From Cyanobacteria bacterium UBA791 (GTDB taxonomy: Bacteria; Cyanobacteriota; Vampirovibrionia; Gastranaerophilales; Gastranaerophilaceae), in contig DBIX01000048.1 of assembly GCA_002297005.1 (NCBI GenBank), positions 23,793 to 87,792 of the forward strand: 64,000 nucleotides of DNA. The letters are read 5' to 3'. A model generated the notes under the pieces. It made no database searches and had not been told where the DNA came from. It saw only the letters and a program-made list of their open reading frames with translations. The translations under genes and the position numbers were made by a program. Numbering within the stretch: position 1 is the first letter of the stretch; each line of letters opens with the position of its first letter. This document shows positions 51,362 to 60,795 of this stretch, piece after piece.

Positions 51362-52291
51362 TTAATCAAAATGTTTAAATGTTTTTTCCTCAATATCTTT
51401 TTCTGTAAAAGACTTTATATTTCCATCATCTTTTACTTTTACAAAAATATTTTCTTCTCTTTTTTCCATACTACCAATTATTGTATATAAATTTTTATCT
51501 AAATCTTTTAAAATTTCTTCTGGAAGGCAAGCTATAAGCTTATAATCTTCCGCACCAAAGAAAATTTTATTCTTATAATCTTTAAATTTTTTGATTTCTT
51601 CATCAATAGGAATACGGTCAAAATCAACTTCTGCAGTTAAATTACTAAGCTTTGATATTTTATACAAAGCATCCATCAAACCATCTGAAGAATCCATCAT
51701 TGCATAATCTTCTTTTATACTTGAGGCAATTTCTTTTGATAAAATATCATTTACTTTTGGCATTAAATGAGCATCAATTAATGTTTTCGGCTCTGTTAAA
51801 CCTTTTTGCAAAAGTTCAAAACCACAACCACTTGAACCGTGGACACCATTTGTTATTATTTTATAACCCTCTTTTGCTTTACTTCGAGAAGAAATTCTTC
51901 TACCCCTAGCATCTCCTATTGCACAAATTGAAATAAATAACTTATCGCCACCTGTAATATCACCGCCAACAATTTCAACATCAGAATTTACAGATTTTGC
52001 ACCTTCATAAAATTCTTTTATAAAATTTTCGTCAATATAACTTGGTAAAGATAATGAACAAGTTAAATATTTTGCTTTAGCTCCAGATGCATACACATCT
52101 GAAAGGTTTACTGCAACTGATTTGTAACCTAGTTGAAAAGCATTTGTATAATCTAGAGAAAAATGAACATTTTCAACCAAACTATCCTGAGTCACTACAA
52201 TACCTAAATCTTCTAAATATGCACAATCATCATTGATATATTTAGAATTTAGGGTATTTTTTATAATCTCAATTAAGTTATTTTCTTTCAT
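51362..52291 (-). CDS. thiL: Thiamine-monophosphate kinase
   Basis: The AIR-synthase-like fold motifs are present: DDCAYL, TQDSLVENVHF and GGDIT. Confidence 0.85.
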   Translation of the reverse strand: MKENNLIEIIKNTLNSKYINDDCAYLEDLGIVVTQDSLVENVHFSLDYTNAFQLGYKSVAVNLSDVYASGAKAKYLTCSLSLPSYIDENFIKEFYEGAKSVNSDVEIVGGDITGGDKLFISICAIGDARGRRISSRSKAKEGYKIITNGVHGSSGCGFELLQKGLTEPKTLIDAHLMPKVNDILSKEIASSIKEDYAMMDSSDGLMDALYKISKLSNLTAEVDFDRIPIDEEIKKFKDYKNKIFFGAEDYKLIACLPEEILKDLDKNLYTIIGSMEKREENIFVKVKDDGNIKSFTEKDIEEKTFKHFD

Positions 52292-52533
52292 AAAATTAGT
52301 TTAACACAAAAGAGTAATTAAAAAGGCTAAAATATTAAACTTAGTGGGGATTTTTAAAAAAATAACTAGAACAATAATGTAGATATTATGAAATTTTTAT
52401 CAATTTTAAAAAGTGTGTCAAAAAACGTCAAATACTATGACAAAAATTTTAAAGTACCATATTCAGGAAAGAATATGACAAATCCCTTTATGCAAAGAAA
52501 AACTTGTACAACCATGATTTGGATAAAATAAAA

Positions 52534-53232
52534 TTATAAAAGACCTTTTTGGTTAAGCATTTTTTCAAGAACATTTTCGCCAGCTTTCATTCTGACTTCA
52601 AGTTCTACACGTCTACTCTTATCAAAATCTTCTTTATTATCCTTTAAAACAGGCTCTGTATAACTTTTACCTTCTACAATTAAAACCTTGTGCAATTTTT
52701 TGCTGTACTTTTTGTTGTAATTTGTTTTAAATACATAATTTGCAATTTCTGTCGCACGCATAGATGAAAGTTCTAAATTTTTTGCATATTGTTCATCTTC
52801 AGATTTTAAACCTTTAAACATCTGTGAATCCGTGTGACCCTCGATAACAATATTTTCAACCTTATCACTTACTTCAGGATTAGAAAAAATTGTATCAATA
52901 TAAATTGGAAAAAACTTGTCTAAATAAGCTTTGCCTTTATTAGATAATTTATGACTTCCTAAATCAAACAATTCTAAATCTGAAATTTCAACCTGTCCAG
53001 ACATTTTGTTGATATTTACATCAATTTTATTTGCCTCAAGTTTATCTGCCAAAACAGATGCCATTTCTGCTTGTGCTGATTTTTCTGCAAATTTTGCCTG
53101 AGAAAATCCAACCATAGTCATAATAAACAAAATCAAAAAGATAATCATCAAACCTAACAACAAGTCTGACATTGTTATCCAAAAAATATTTTCTTCAACA
53201 TAATCTGCTTTTTTTAAGGATTTTCTAAACAT
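52534..53232 (-). CDS. MotB-like stator/anchor protein (OmpA-like C-terminal domain)
   Basis: The N-terminal TM segment carries the conserved plug/Asp context FWITMSDLLLGLMIIFLILF. The C-terminal IEGHTDS...LSSMRA...RRVELEV is an OmpA/MotB peptidoglycan-binding pattern. Confidence 0.75.
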   Translation of the reverse strand: MFRKSLKKADYVEENIFWITMSDLLLGLMIIFLILFIMTMVGFSQAKFAEKSAQAEMASVLADKLEANKIDVNINKMSGQVEISDLELFDLGSHKLSNKGKAYLDKFFPIYIDTIFSNPEVSDKVENIVIEGHTDSQMFKGLKSEDEQYAKNLELSSMRATEIANYVFKTNYNKKYSKKLHKVLIVEGKSYTEPVLKDNKEDFDKSRRVELEVRMKAGENVLEKMLNQKGLL

Positions 53233-53240
53233 ATTCGCTC

Positions 53241-54149
53241 CTAAAACAAATCATCTACAGCATCTAATGCTTTTTTCTCAAGATTTTTTGGAGTATTTTC
53301 TTTAATCTTGTCAAGGTTATAAACAATACTGTCTAAATACGGAACAAGAATTGACGCTAAACTTTTGTCGAAAGATTCTTTGAAATTTCTTGATAAAATT
53401 TTCATTGAACTTGTCAAAGCATGATTTTGAATTTTTGTAGTCTTCAACAATTCAATTAAGAATTTTTCAGAAGTTACACTATCAAAGATTTTGTATAAAT
53501 GATTTTGAATTTCATTTAAAGGAGCTTTGCACTTGATGTTGTAAAGAAGTCTTTCTAACATTAAGAATAATAAAGATTCCCCAACCGCAAATACTGAACA
53601 TAAAGCTGCGATTTGCATATTTGCCATTAAGTTTTCGATAGTAAGCATTGTTGATTCATTTGATGTGAAATCAACATTTGCAAAAGCAAAAGCAATATGC
53701 ATAAACGTAAATAATGGACCCATACCAGTTAGTAAGGTTGGAGTTACTTGTACGAATTTATAATTTAATTTTGAAGTAACAAGAGCTTCTTCATTAAAGA
53801 AATATGCTGAATCTACCGTTGTTTGTACTCCAGAAAGAGCCTGTGATGCATCTTCAAAACCGATTTCTTCTTCTTTTTCATTTCTTAATGCAACGTTTTC
53901 ATTAAAAACAAGAGTATTTCTAAATTCTACCCAAACATCCGAAATGTAAGGATTTTCTGTTAAACCTTCATCCAATTCCTTAAATCTATAACTTAAGTTT
54001 GATTTTTTAAATTGTTTTAAAAATGCCAAAAGATTAAGCATTTCTTTATTTATAAGCTGGTACTTATAAACACAATATCCAACAGAAAATACAAAAAATA
54101 AGAATATTAACATCAAAGCTGGATTAAAAATATATTTAAAAATCTCCAT
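53241..54149 (-). CDS. MotA/TolQ/ExbB-like three-TM membrane protein (divergent)
   Basis: The topology is TM1, a loop of about 105 aa, TM2-TM3, then a tail of about 100 aa. TM2/TM3 (TPTLLTGMGPLFTFMHIAFAF, IAALCSVFAVGESLLFLMLERLLY) loosely fit the ExbB/MotA channel pattern. It lies 8 nt upstream of the MotB-like gene. Confidence 0.5.
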   Translation of the reverse strand: MEIFKYIFNPALMLIFLFFVFSVGYCVYKYQLINKEMLNLLAFLKQFKKSNLSYRFKELDEGLTENPYISDVWVEFRNTLVFNENVALRNEKEEEIGFEDASQALSGVQTTVDSAYFFNEEALVTSKLNYKFVQVTPTLLTGMGPLFTFMHIAFAFANVDFTSNESTMLTIENLMANMQIAALCSVFAVGESLLFLMLERLLYNIKCKAPLNEIQNHLYKIFDSVTSEKFLIELLKTTKIQNHALTSSMKILSRNFKESFDKSLASILVPYLDSIVYNLDKIKENTPKNLEKKALDAVDDLF

Positions 54150-54188
54150 AGAAAACTCCCTCTTTTAAAGGGTATTATAACATAAAAA

Positions 54189-54216
54189 TTGATTTATTAA
54201 AATAAACTGATATAAT
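54189..54216 (+). promoter_or_regulatory. Sigma-70-type promoter placed for a leaderless transcript of the 1131-aa gene
   Basis: TTGATT (54189-54194), a 16-nt spacer, then TATAAT (54211-54216). The ATG at 54223 is only 6 nt downstream, and no Shine-Dalgarno is visible. Confidence 0.4.
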
Positions 54217-54222
54217 TTATTT

Positions 54223-57200
54223 ATGCATTGTCCTAAATGTAATCATGAAATAACACCAGATACTAAAATATGCCCAAATTGTAAGAAGGTCTTACAATTA
54301 GCTTGTCCTGTCTGCAAAACCTTAAACAGAACAAGTATTTGTTCAAAATGTGGTTATACTATCTTGAGCAAATGTCATAATTGCGGAAAGGTTAATTTAA
54401 CAGAAATCGGGCAATGTCCTAACTGCGGAATGGACACTCAATTAAGTATTGCACTTAATGAATCTGCCATTATAAACTTTGCTTGCGTAGTTATTGAATT
54501 TCCAAATATTTCAAACTTAAAAGATATTTTCAATTCAAAAGAAGCTTACAAAAAATTTAAAACAAATTTATATAACCTAATTATTGGTTTTTGCTCTCAA
54601 ATAGATTTAAAATGGCAAATCATTGATAACGCTTTCATTATAAAATTCAACAAAGAAAGTAATTTTGATGATTCTGTATTCAAAGCTATTTCTTTCATTT
54701 TAGAAATAGCAAAACCAATAATGAAACTTAATGTAAAATTACACCGCACACACAACACACTTATCAGATGTAATTTTACATTAATGAAAAAGGATATTAA
54801 TACAAAACTTCATGATTTCAAATCAGGTTTTAATATCAAAATGATGTACAAGGATACCTCTCAAAACAAATTCCATAACGCTCTTCAAGTTCTTCTTGAT
54901 AGCAGTACTGCTGATGTTTTGAGAGATAAAGTTAGTGTTTCTCAACTTGGAACAGTTCTTGTAAAAGACAAACTTGAAATGTATTTTGAACTTGATTTGA
55001 AAAAATATATTTCTATTCCAAAAGAAGAGGATGAACCAAAAGACGATTATGTAAAAGAAAGACTAAAACAACTTTCTTTAGAAGATTTAGACCAAGAAAT
55101 AGAATTAGAAGAAGACGACACTATTATCCATAACATCAAAAAGTTAAATTTTGATGAACAGGTTTGTAATTTCATCACAGTTGAATCAGGTGATTTGGAA
55201 AATACTGTTCTATCACTTTTAGAAAAACAGCCTAAAAATATTATTTCTGTAAAAACAAATAAAAAATATTATCTTGTTTCTAATGAAATACCTTTGTTGG
55301 CAAAACATAATAAATTGTGTGCCGATGTTATAAAAGTAACATGTACAGAAGATACAATTAATAGACCTTATGGATTTTTCTATGAATTCTTATCTTCAAT
55401 ATTTAACTATTCAATTTCTGCCAAAAACTTTATTAAAAACAATTTTTCTACCTTCGACAAATTGGATAAGACAGGAGTTGTAAAAGCTTTAATTAACTTA
55501 AAACCTATTCCTAACGTTAATCCTGAAGACGTTAGAGATACTCTATATAATATTTTTACAATTTTATTCAGTTCTCTTGAACATTGTTTAATTTATGTTG
55601 AAAATTTTGAAAAAATCGATTTAACTTCTTTTGAAATCTTACAAATGCTTTTAAAAGACTTTGATAAATATAGTGTAAACTTAGTTTTCTTGGCAGATGA
55701 AAACTTCTCTCTACACAAGAATTCTCACTTCTTATTATCAAATCCTAAATATACAGAAATTATGGTAAAAGGCTCTAGTTTTGAAAAGATAATTTCACCT
55801 TTTGTAGATATTTATTCAAATATTTTGGATTCTTTCTACATGGAAAAAATTGCACAATATACAAAAGGTAGCTCTTTATACCTAAATCATGCAACAAATT
55901 ATTTACTTGAAAATAATATCATTGAGTTAAAAAATGGAAAATACACATTAGTAAAACAAACTTCTGTAGTATTTCCACCAACAATTGAAAAACTTGTTGA
56001 AACAAGATTTAGATTTTTATCACACAACCAAGGTGCTTATAGTATCTTGATGTTGTTACTAACTCTTGGTCCAAGAATTGATATTTCAACTCTTCAATCT
56101 TTAAATCTTCCTGACTTAGGAAATGCTTTAGGACTCCTTGATGAAAAGGGTTATATTTATCTTGAAAATGGTGTTGTATATTTCAACAATTACAACTTAC
56201 TAAAAACTGTATCTGAAGTACTGCTAGAAAAAAGTCAAAAAATAAATATAGCAAACTTCTTACTAAACAATATTGTTGATGAAGATGTTCCATTACCTGT
56301 AAACTTAACTGTCTTTAGCATTTTAGAAGACAAAAAGAAAATTCAAGATTTTTGGAAAAAATTATCAAATGTTGCCTTGATGCTTGGTGATTTTAGTGCA
56401 TATTTGAATTGCAGTATTTTATTACTAAAAATGATGGAAGAGGATTCTAATGAAGAAACTCAACAATCTATAAATGACTACAAAATGATAATTTATGACA
56501 ATGTTTCAAACATGTTGTACAAATTCATCCCTACAAAATTGTACAATTTCTCTAAACTTGTTTTGGAAAATATTGAACATGCGATGGATGATAAAAAAGT
56601 TATCAACTTGTGTAATAAAATTCTACAATGTTGCTTGAGAACAGGTAATTATACTCAAGCTATAACTTTGGCAAACAAAATTTTAGCAAGACTACCAAAA
56701 TCATCCTTTAACCCAACAGACAAAGAATTTAATAATGTTCTTTTCTGGGTATCTATGATTAAGGTAAATATCTTCTTTAATACAGGAAATCTAAAAGAAT
56801 GTATTTCTCTTGGTGAAAACTTATTGGAAATGTTTACACCAGAAAATATTTCTCTATTAATTTCAGATAAAATGCCTCAAGAACAAGTATTCTCATCAAT
56901 TTACGATACTATCGGATATATTTGTATGGCAAAAATCTTCCAAATCGAAGATGTAACACCTGTAATAAAAAAAGCAAAAGAAAAATTAGAAGTTATTCCT
57001 GATTCATATTCATTATTCATATACTTACAAAAATATATTAAAGGTGAAGATTTCTATTTAGACATTGAACCTACTATGCTAGATGATTCAAATATTTTTG
57101 CTAGATATATTTATAGCATCTTAAAAGCTTTTGAAAATATTAATTTTGATATTAAATTATTTGCAAAACACATATATCAAGCTAAATTAACAGCAAAAGA

Positions 57201-57618
57201 AAACAATTTAACACAATTAGATTTAATCTGTGACTTACTAATCGGATATTCTTACAAAATTCTTGGAGAATACGATAAAGCTCAAAAGATTTATCAAAAC
57301 GTAAAAGAAATCAGTTCTCAAAACGGTTTAATAAATGCCTCTATTCTAGCATGGCATTTTATTGCTGATTTAAAAATTGTTCAAAATCGTGTTGATATTG
57401 GTTTAGGTATTGCGAAAAATACTATCGCTTTGCTAGACAAAAATCCTGATTCAAATGTGGTATTATCAATAATGTTCAATTTATTGATTTCTAAACTTCT
57501 TTCTGTAAAAGGTGATGAAGAACAATCACTTTCATATAAACAACAAGCAGATTTATTAATAGAAAAAAATAATTTAACAAATAACCCTCTATTAAAAGCT
57601 AATAATGAAGAAATTTAG
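54223..57618 (+). CDS. Large multidomain protein: triple zinc ribbon, degenerate cyclase-like region, STAND/AAA-like region without a P-loop, TPR-like C-terminus
   Basis: Six CxxC pairs occur in the first 70 aa. VVIEFPNIS resembles a class III cyclase strand with Asp replaced by Glu. LIYVENFEKIDLTSFEILQMLL resembles the Walker-B/HWaD region of MalT/LuxR-type STAND ATPases. No GxxxxGK[ST] was seen. The C-terminal 450 aa are helical repeats. Confidence 0.65.
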   Translation: MHCPKCNHEITPDTKICPNCKKVLQLACPVCKTLNRTSICSKCGYTILSKCHNCGKVNLTEIGQCPNCGMDTQLSIALNESAIINFACVVIEFPNISNLKDIFNSKEAYKKFKTNLYNLIIGFCSQIDLKWQIIDNAFIIKFNKESNFDDSVFKAISFILEIAKPIMKLNVKLHRTHNTLIRCNFTLMKKDINTKLHDFKSGFNIKMMYKDTSQNKFHNALQVLLDSSTADVLRDKVSVSQLGTVLVKDKLEMYFELDLKKYISIPKEEDEPKDDYVKERLKQLSLEDLDQEIELEEDDTIIHNIKKLNFDEQVCNFITVESGDLENTVLSLLEKQPKNIISVKTNKKYYLVSNEIPLLAKHNKLCADVIKVTCTEDTINRPYGFFYEFLSSIFNYSISAKNFIKNNFSTFDKLDKTGVVKALINLKPIPNVNPEDVRDTLYNIFTILFSSLEHCLIYVENFEKIDLTSFEILQMLLKDFDKYSVNLVFLADENFSLHKNSHFLLSNPKYTEIMVKGSSFEKIISPFVDIYSNILDSFYMEKIAQYTKGSSLYLNHATNYLLENNIIELKNGKYTLVKQTSVVFPPTIEKLVETRFRFLSHNQGAYSILMLLLTLGPRIDISTLQSLNLPDLGNALGLLDEKGYIYLENGVVYFNNYNLLKTVSEVLLEKSQKINIANFLLNNIVDEDVPLPVNLTVFSILEDKKKIQDFWKKLSNVALMLGDFSAYLNCSILLLKMMEEDSNEETQQSINDYKMIIYDNVSNMLYKFIPTKLYNFSKLVLENIEHAMDDKKVINLCNKILQCCLRTGNYTQAITLANKILARLPKSSFNPTDKEFNNVLFWVSMIKVNIFFNTGNLKECISLGENLLEMFTPENISLLISDKMPQEQVFSSIYDTIGYICMAKIFQIEDVTPVIKKAKEKLEVIPDSYSLFIYLQKYIKGEDFYLDIEPTMLDDSNIFARYIYSILKAFENINFDIKLFAKHIYQAKLTAKENNLTQLDLICDLLIGYSYKILGEYDKAQKIYQNVKEISSQNGLINASILAWHFIADLKIVQNRVDIGLGIAKNTIALLDKNPDSNVVLSIMFNLLISKLLSVKGDEEQSLSYKQQADLLIEKNNLTNNPLLKANNEEI

Positions 57619-57857
57619 ACAATATTTATCCATCCGTCTATCATAGCTTTTAAAATGACCATGGCTCTTCGTGGAACACCAAATTTCTGCAAGATAGATG
57701 CAACATGGAATTTTACAGTATGAACACTTATATATAAATCATGTGCAATTTCACCATTATTTTTGCCATTTACCAATTCTATTAAAACCTCTTCTTCCCT
57801 CTCTGTTAAAATGTTTTTAGGTCTGTTTAAAGACAATTCTATTGAAAACATAAACAC
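57615..57857 (-). CDS. Stand-alone LuxR/FixJ-type HTH DNA-binding protein (80 aa)
   Basis: LTEREEEVLIELVNGKNNGEIAHDLYISVHTVKFHVASILQKFGV is the GerE/LuxR C-terminal HTH signature. Its stop overlaps the stop of the convergent 1131-aa gene. Confidence 0.8.
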   Translation of the reverse strand: MFMFSIELSLNRPKNILTEREEEVLIELVNGKNNGEIAHDLYISVHTVKFHVASILQKFGVPRRAMVILKAMIDGWINIV

Positions 57858-57980
57858 CTCCTTTTATAAGTAAACCACTCAAAATTTTTTACAATTACAT
57901 GTATTTACGTTTCTATGATTTTTATCAAAAATTCTCAACATGGGGTATTAAAAATCCCATTTTTTTGGCATAATAAAGGA

Positions 57981-59816
57981 ATGAAACGTAGTTTATATGT
58001 AATTTTAATAATCATATTCATATTACTTTTATTAAAAGCTTGTATTCGTAGAGATATTCCTGAACAAGAGGTTTCAACAAACCAATCGCAACAACAAGAA
58101 CAGGTTTTTAATTTTCCACCAAGAGCAAAAACCGTCACTCTAAATGGCGTTGACTATCTTCAAAGTCAAACTCCTGTTGGCAAATTTGGTGGTGAAATGA
58201 TTTTGTCAACCTTTGGAGAAGGTCCAAAAACCTTTAACCCATTCACTTCAAAAGATGCAACATCCTCTCAAATGGCAGGCATGATGTTTGACGGATTATT
58301 TTCAACAGATGCTAAAACAGGAGAAATCATTCCAAAACTTGCTAAAGGTTATGAAATTAAAGGAAATGATTATTATGTATATTTGAGAAAAGGTTTAACT
58401 TGGTCTGACGGTAAACCTATAACAGCTGATGATATTATGTTTACGTGGAAAGATATTATCTTTGCTGGAATGGGAAACACTTCTCTTAGAGATTCTTGCG
58501 TAATTGACGGAAAACTTCCTACAATTACAAAAATTGATGATTATACAGTTAAATTCACTCTTTCAAAACCATTTGCACCATTTTTAAGATTACTATCTTC
58601 AGAAATTGCACCAAAACATATTTTTGAACCAGCAGTAAAAAAAGGTGCAAAATACTTTGACGGATTTTATTCTACAACAACTCCACCTAGCAGTTTTGTA
58701 ACTTCTGGTGCTTTTAAGTTGAAAGAATATTTACCAGCACAAAGAGTTGTTTTTATAAGAAACCCTAATTACTACGAAGTAAACACCAAAAGTGAAAAGC
58801 TACCATATTTAGATAAAGTAGTTTATTTAATTGTTGGCGATGCAAATAATGAAATCTTAAAATTTGAAGCAAAAGAAATTGATATAATCGGTTTAAAAGG
58901 CTCAAATGTCGCAAGATACAAGGAAAAAGAAAAGTCTTCAGATTACAAAATTTATAACCTTGGACCTGACACAGGGACAATGTTTATCGTCTTAAATTTG
59001 AATAATAGAAAAAATCCTGAAGGCAAATATTACGTTCAGCCAGAAAAACAATTCTGGTTTAGAGATTTGAATTTTAGAAACGCAATAGATTATGCAATTG
59101 ATAGAGATAATATGGTGCAAAATGTTGCAAACGGTCTTGCAACACCACTTTTCACAGCAGAAAGTTTAAATTCTATCTTTTTAAATGAAAAAATCAAAGG
59201 TCACAAAAGAGATATAGACGCATCAAGAGAATTTTTAAAACAAGGCGGATTTTCTTACAACAAAAACAGTAAACTTGTTGATAAATATGGCAACAATGTT
59301 GAATTTGACTTATACACAAATGCCGGAAACACAGAAAGAGAAGCTCTTGGTGTTATGGTAAAACAAGACCTTGAAGATTTAGGTATGAAAGTTAATTTCA
59401 AGCCTATTGAATTTAATACTCTAGTCAATAAAATGGTCAATACTCTTGACTGGGATATGATTTTAATGGGTTTAACAGGTTCGCCACTAGAACCTCATAA
59501 CGGCAAAAATGTTTGGAATTCTTACGGCTCACTTCACTTGTTCAACCAAAGATTAGAAAAAACCTCTTTTGATGATAGATATGATTTTGAAAAACAATTA
59601 GATTACCTTTTTGACGAAGCCTCTTTAAAAACTAATTTCAAAGAAAGAAAAGCTTTGTATGACCAATATCAACAAATTGTTTATGACAATAAACTTATTA
59701 TTTACTTGTATTCACCAATAAGAATAACAGCAATAAGAAAGAAATTTAAAAATGTCTATCCGTCACCATTGAACGGAATAGGTTATAATATAGAAGAAAT
59801 TTACGTGGATAAATAA
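57981..59816 (+). CDS. ABC transporter substrate-binding lipoprotein, family 5 (Opp/Dpp-type)
   Basis: The start is taken at MKRSLYVILIIIFILLLLKAC, which has a lipobox Cys; the track ORF starts at 57915. The size and pattern are SBP_bac_5-like. Confidence 0.88.
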   Translation: MKRSLYVILIIIFILLLLKACIRRDIPEQEVSTNQSQQQEQVFNFPPRAKTVTLNGVDYLQSQTPVGKFGGEMILSTFGEGPKTFNPFTSKDATSSQMAGMMFDGLFSTDAKTGEIIPKLAKGYEIKGNDYYVYLRKGLTWSDGKPITADDIMFTWKDIIFAGMGNTSLRDSCVIDGKLPTITKIDDYTVKFTLSKPFAPFLRLLSSEIAPKHIFEPAVKKGAKYFDGFYSTTTPPSSFVTSGAFKLKEYLPAQRVVFIRNPNYYEVNTKSEKLPYLDKVVYLIVGDANNEILKFEAKEIDIIGLKGSNVARYKEKEKSSDYKIYNLGPDTGTMFIVLNLNNRKNPEGKYYVQPEKQFWFRDLNFRNAIDYAIDRDNMVQNVANGLATPLFTAESLNSIFLNEKIKGHKRDIDASREFLKQGGFSYNKNSKLVDKYGNNVEFDLYTNAGNTEREALGVMVKQDLEDLGMKVNFKPIEFNTLVNKMVNTLDWDMILMGLTGSPLEPHNGKNVWNSYGSLHLFNQRLEKTSFDDRYDFEKQLDYLFDEASLKTNFKERKALYDQYQQIVYDNKLIIYLYSPIRITAIRKKFKNVYPSPLNGIGYNIEEIYVDK

Positions 59817-59817
59817 A

Positions 59818-60792
59818 ATGCAGCAAATACTAATTTACATATTAAAAAGAATACTTCAAACGATACCATTACTAATTTTGGTATCCTTGATAAGCTTTTT
59901 CATTATTAGATTAAGTCCAGTTGACCCACTAGCAGAATTGAAATTAAACCCATCAATTTCAAAAGAAACACTTCAAAAAGAAACTGAAAGATTAGGTTTA
60001 AACAAACCAGTTTGGCAACAATATTTGTTGTGGGGAAAATCCTTTATAAAAGGTGATTTAGGTGTAACTTCAACTGGCGAAAGTGTTGCAAGCAAATTAA
60101 AAGAAAGGATACCAAATACACTACTTTTAACAGTTGTAGTAATTTTCATGACATGGATAGTAGCCATTCCACTAGGTATGCTCGCCGCCGTGAAGTGGAA
60201 AACACCTTTTGATAGGTTCTTAACCTTTATAACGAGTATAGGTATGGCAATTCCGTCTTTCTTCTTCGCAATACTGTTATTAATTTTTGCAGTAAAAACT
60301 GGCTGGTTTCCAGTCGGTGGTTTAACAAGCTATGATTTTAATGATATGGGATTTTTCCATCAAGTACTTGATATAGCTTATCACCTTGTATTACCTGTAA
60401 CTGTTCTATTCACAATATCTTTAGCAGGATTACAAAGACAGATGAGAGCAAACATTCTTGATGTACTTGATTCTGATTATATAAAATTTGCAAGGGCAAA
60501 AGGCTTAAGCGAAAACAAGGTTTTATTTAAACACGCACTTAGAAATGCAGTAAATCCTATGATTACACTTTTAGGATTTGAATTTTCTTCATTACTTTCA
60601 GGTGCGGCTTTGACGGAATACGTTTTTCAATACCCAGGGTTAGGAAGACTTATTCTTGAAGCTGTTTTAAAATCAGACATAAACCTTGTTATGGCATCCT
60701 TGATGATGGGTGCATTCATGCTTATATTAGGAAACTTAATTTCCGATATATTGCTAATTATTACTGACCCTAGAATAAGAGTTAGGGGGTAA
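59818..60792 (+). CDS. ABC transporter permease (OppB/DppB-type)
   Basis: It has six TM segments and an EAA-loop region (DYIKFARAKGLSENKVLFKHALRNA). Confidence 0.9.
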   Translation: MQQILIYILKRILQTIPLLILVSLISFFIIRLSPVDPLAELKLNPSISKETLQKETERLGLNKPVWQQYLLWGKSFIKGDLGVTSTGESVASKLKERIPNTLLLTVVVIFMTWIVAIPLGMLAAVKWKTPFDRFLTFITSIGMAIPSFFFAILLLIFAVKTGWFPVGGLTSYDFNDMGFFHQVLDIAYHLVLPVTVLFTISLAGLQRQMRANILDVLDSDYIKFARAKGLSENKVLFKHALRNAVNPMITLLGFEFSSLLSGAALTEYVFQYPGLGRLILEAVLKSDINLVMASLMMGAFMLILGNLISDILLIITDPRIRVRG

Positions 60793-60795
60793 GAT

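Noticed and set aside
52388-52531. 47-aa ORF (MKFLSILKSVSKNVKYYDKNF...) in the thiL/motB-like intergenic gap
   Set aside because: It has no Shine-Dalgarno, no recognisable promoter and no paralogue, and its composition is indistinguishable from AT-rich spacer. It is kept only as a note.
52534-57857. Interpretation of the MotA-like/MotB-like pair plus the large neighbour as a Zorya anti-phage system
   Set aside because: ZorA proteins carry a long (several hundred aa) C-terminal coiled-coil tail, but the MotA-like protein here is only 302 aa. No ZorC/ZorD (helicase/nuclease) or ZorE (HNH) candidates are adjacent. The large neighbour is divergently transcribed and looks like a signalling STAND/TPR protein without nuclease or helicase motifs.
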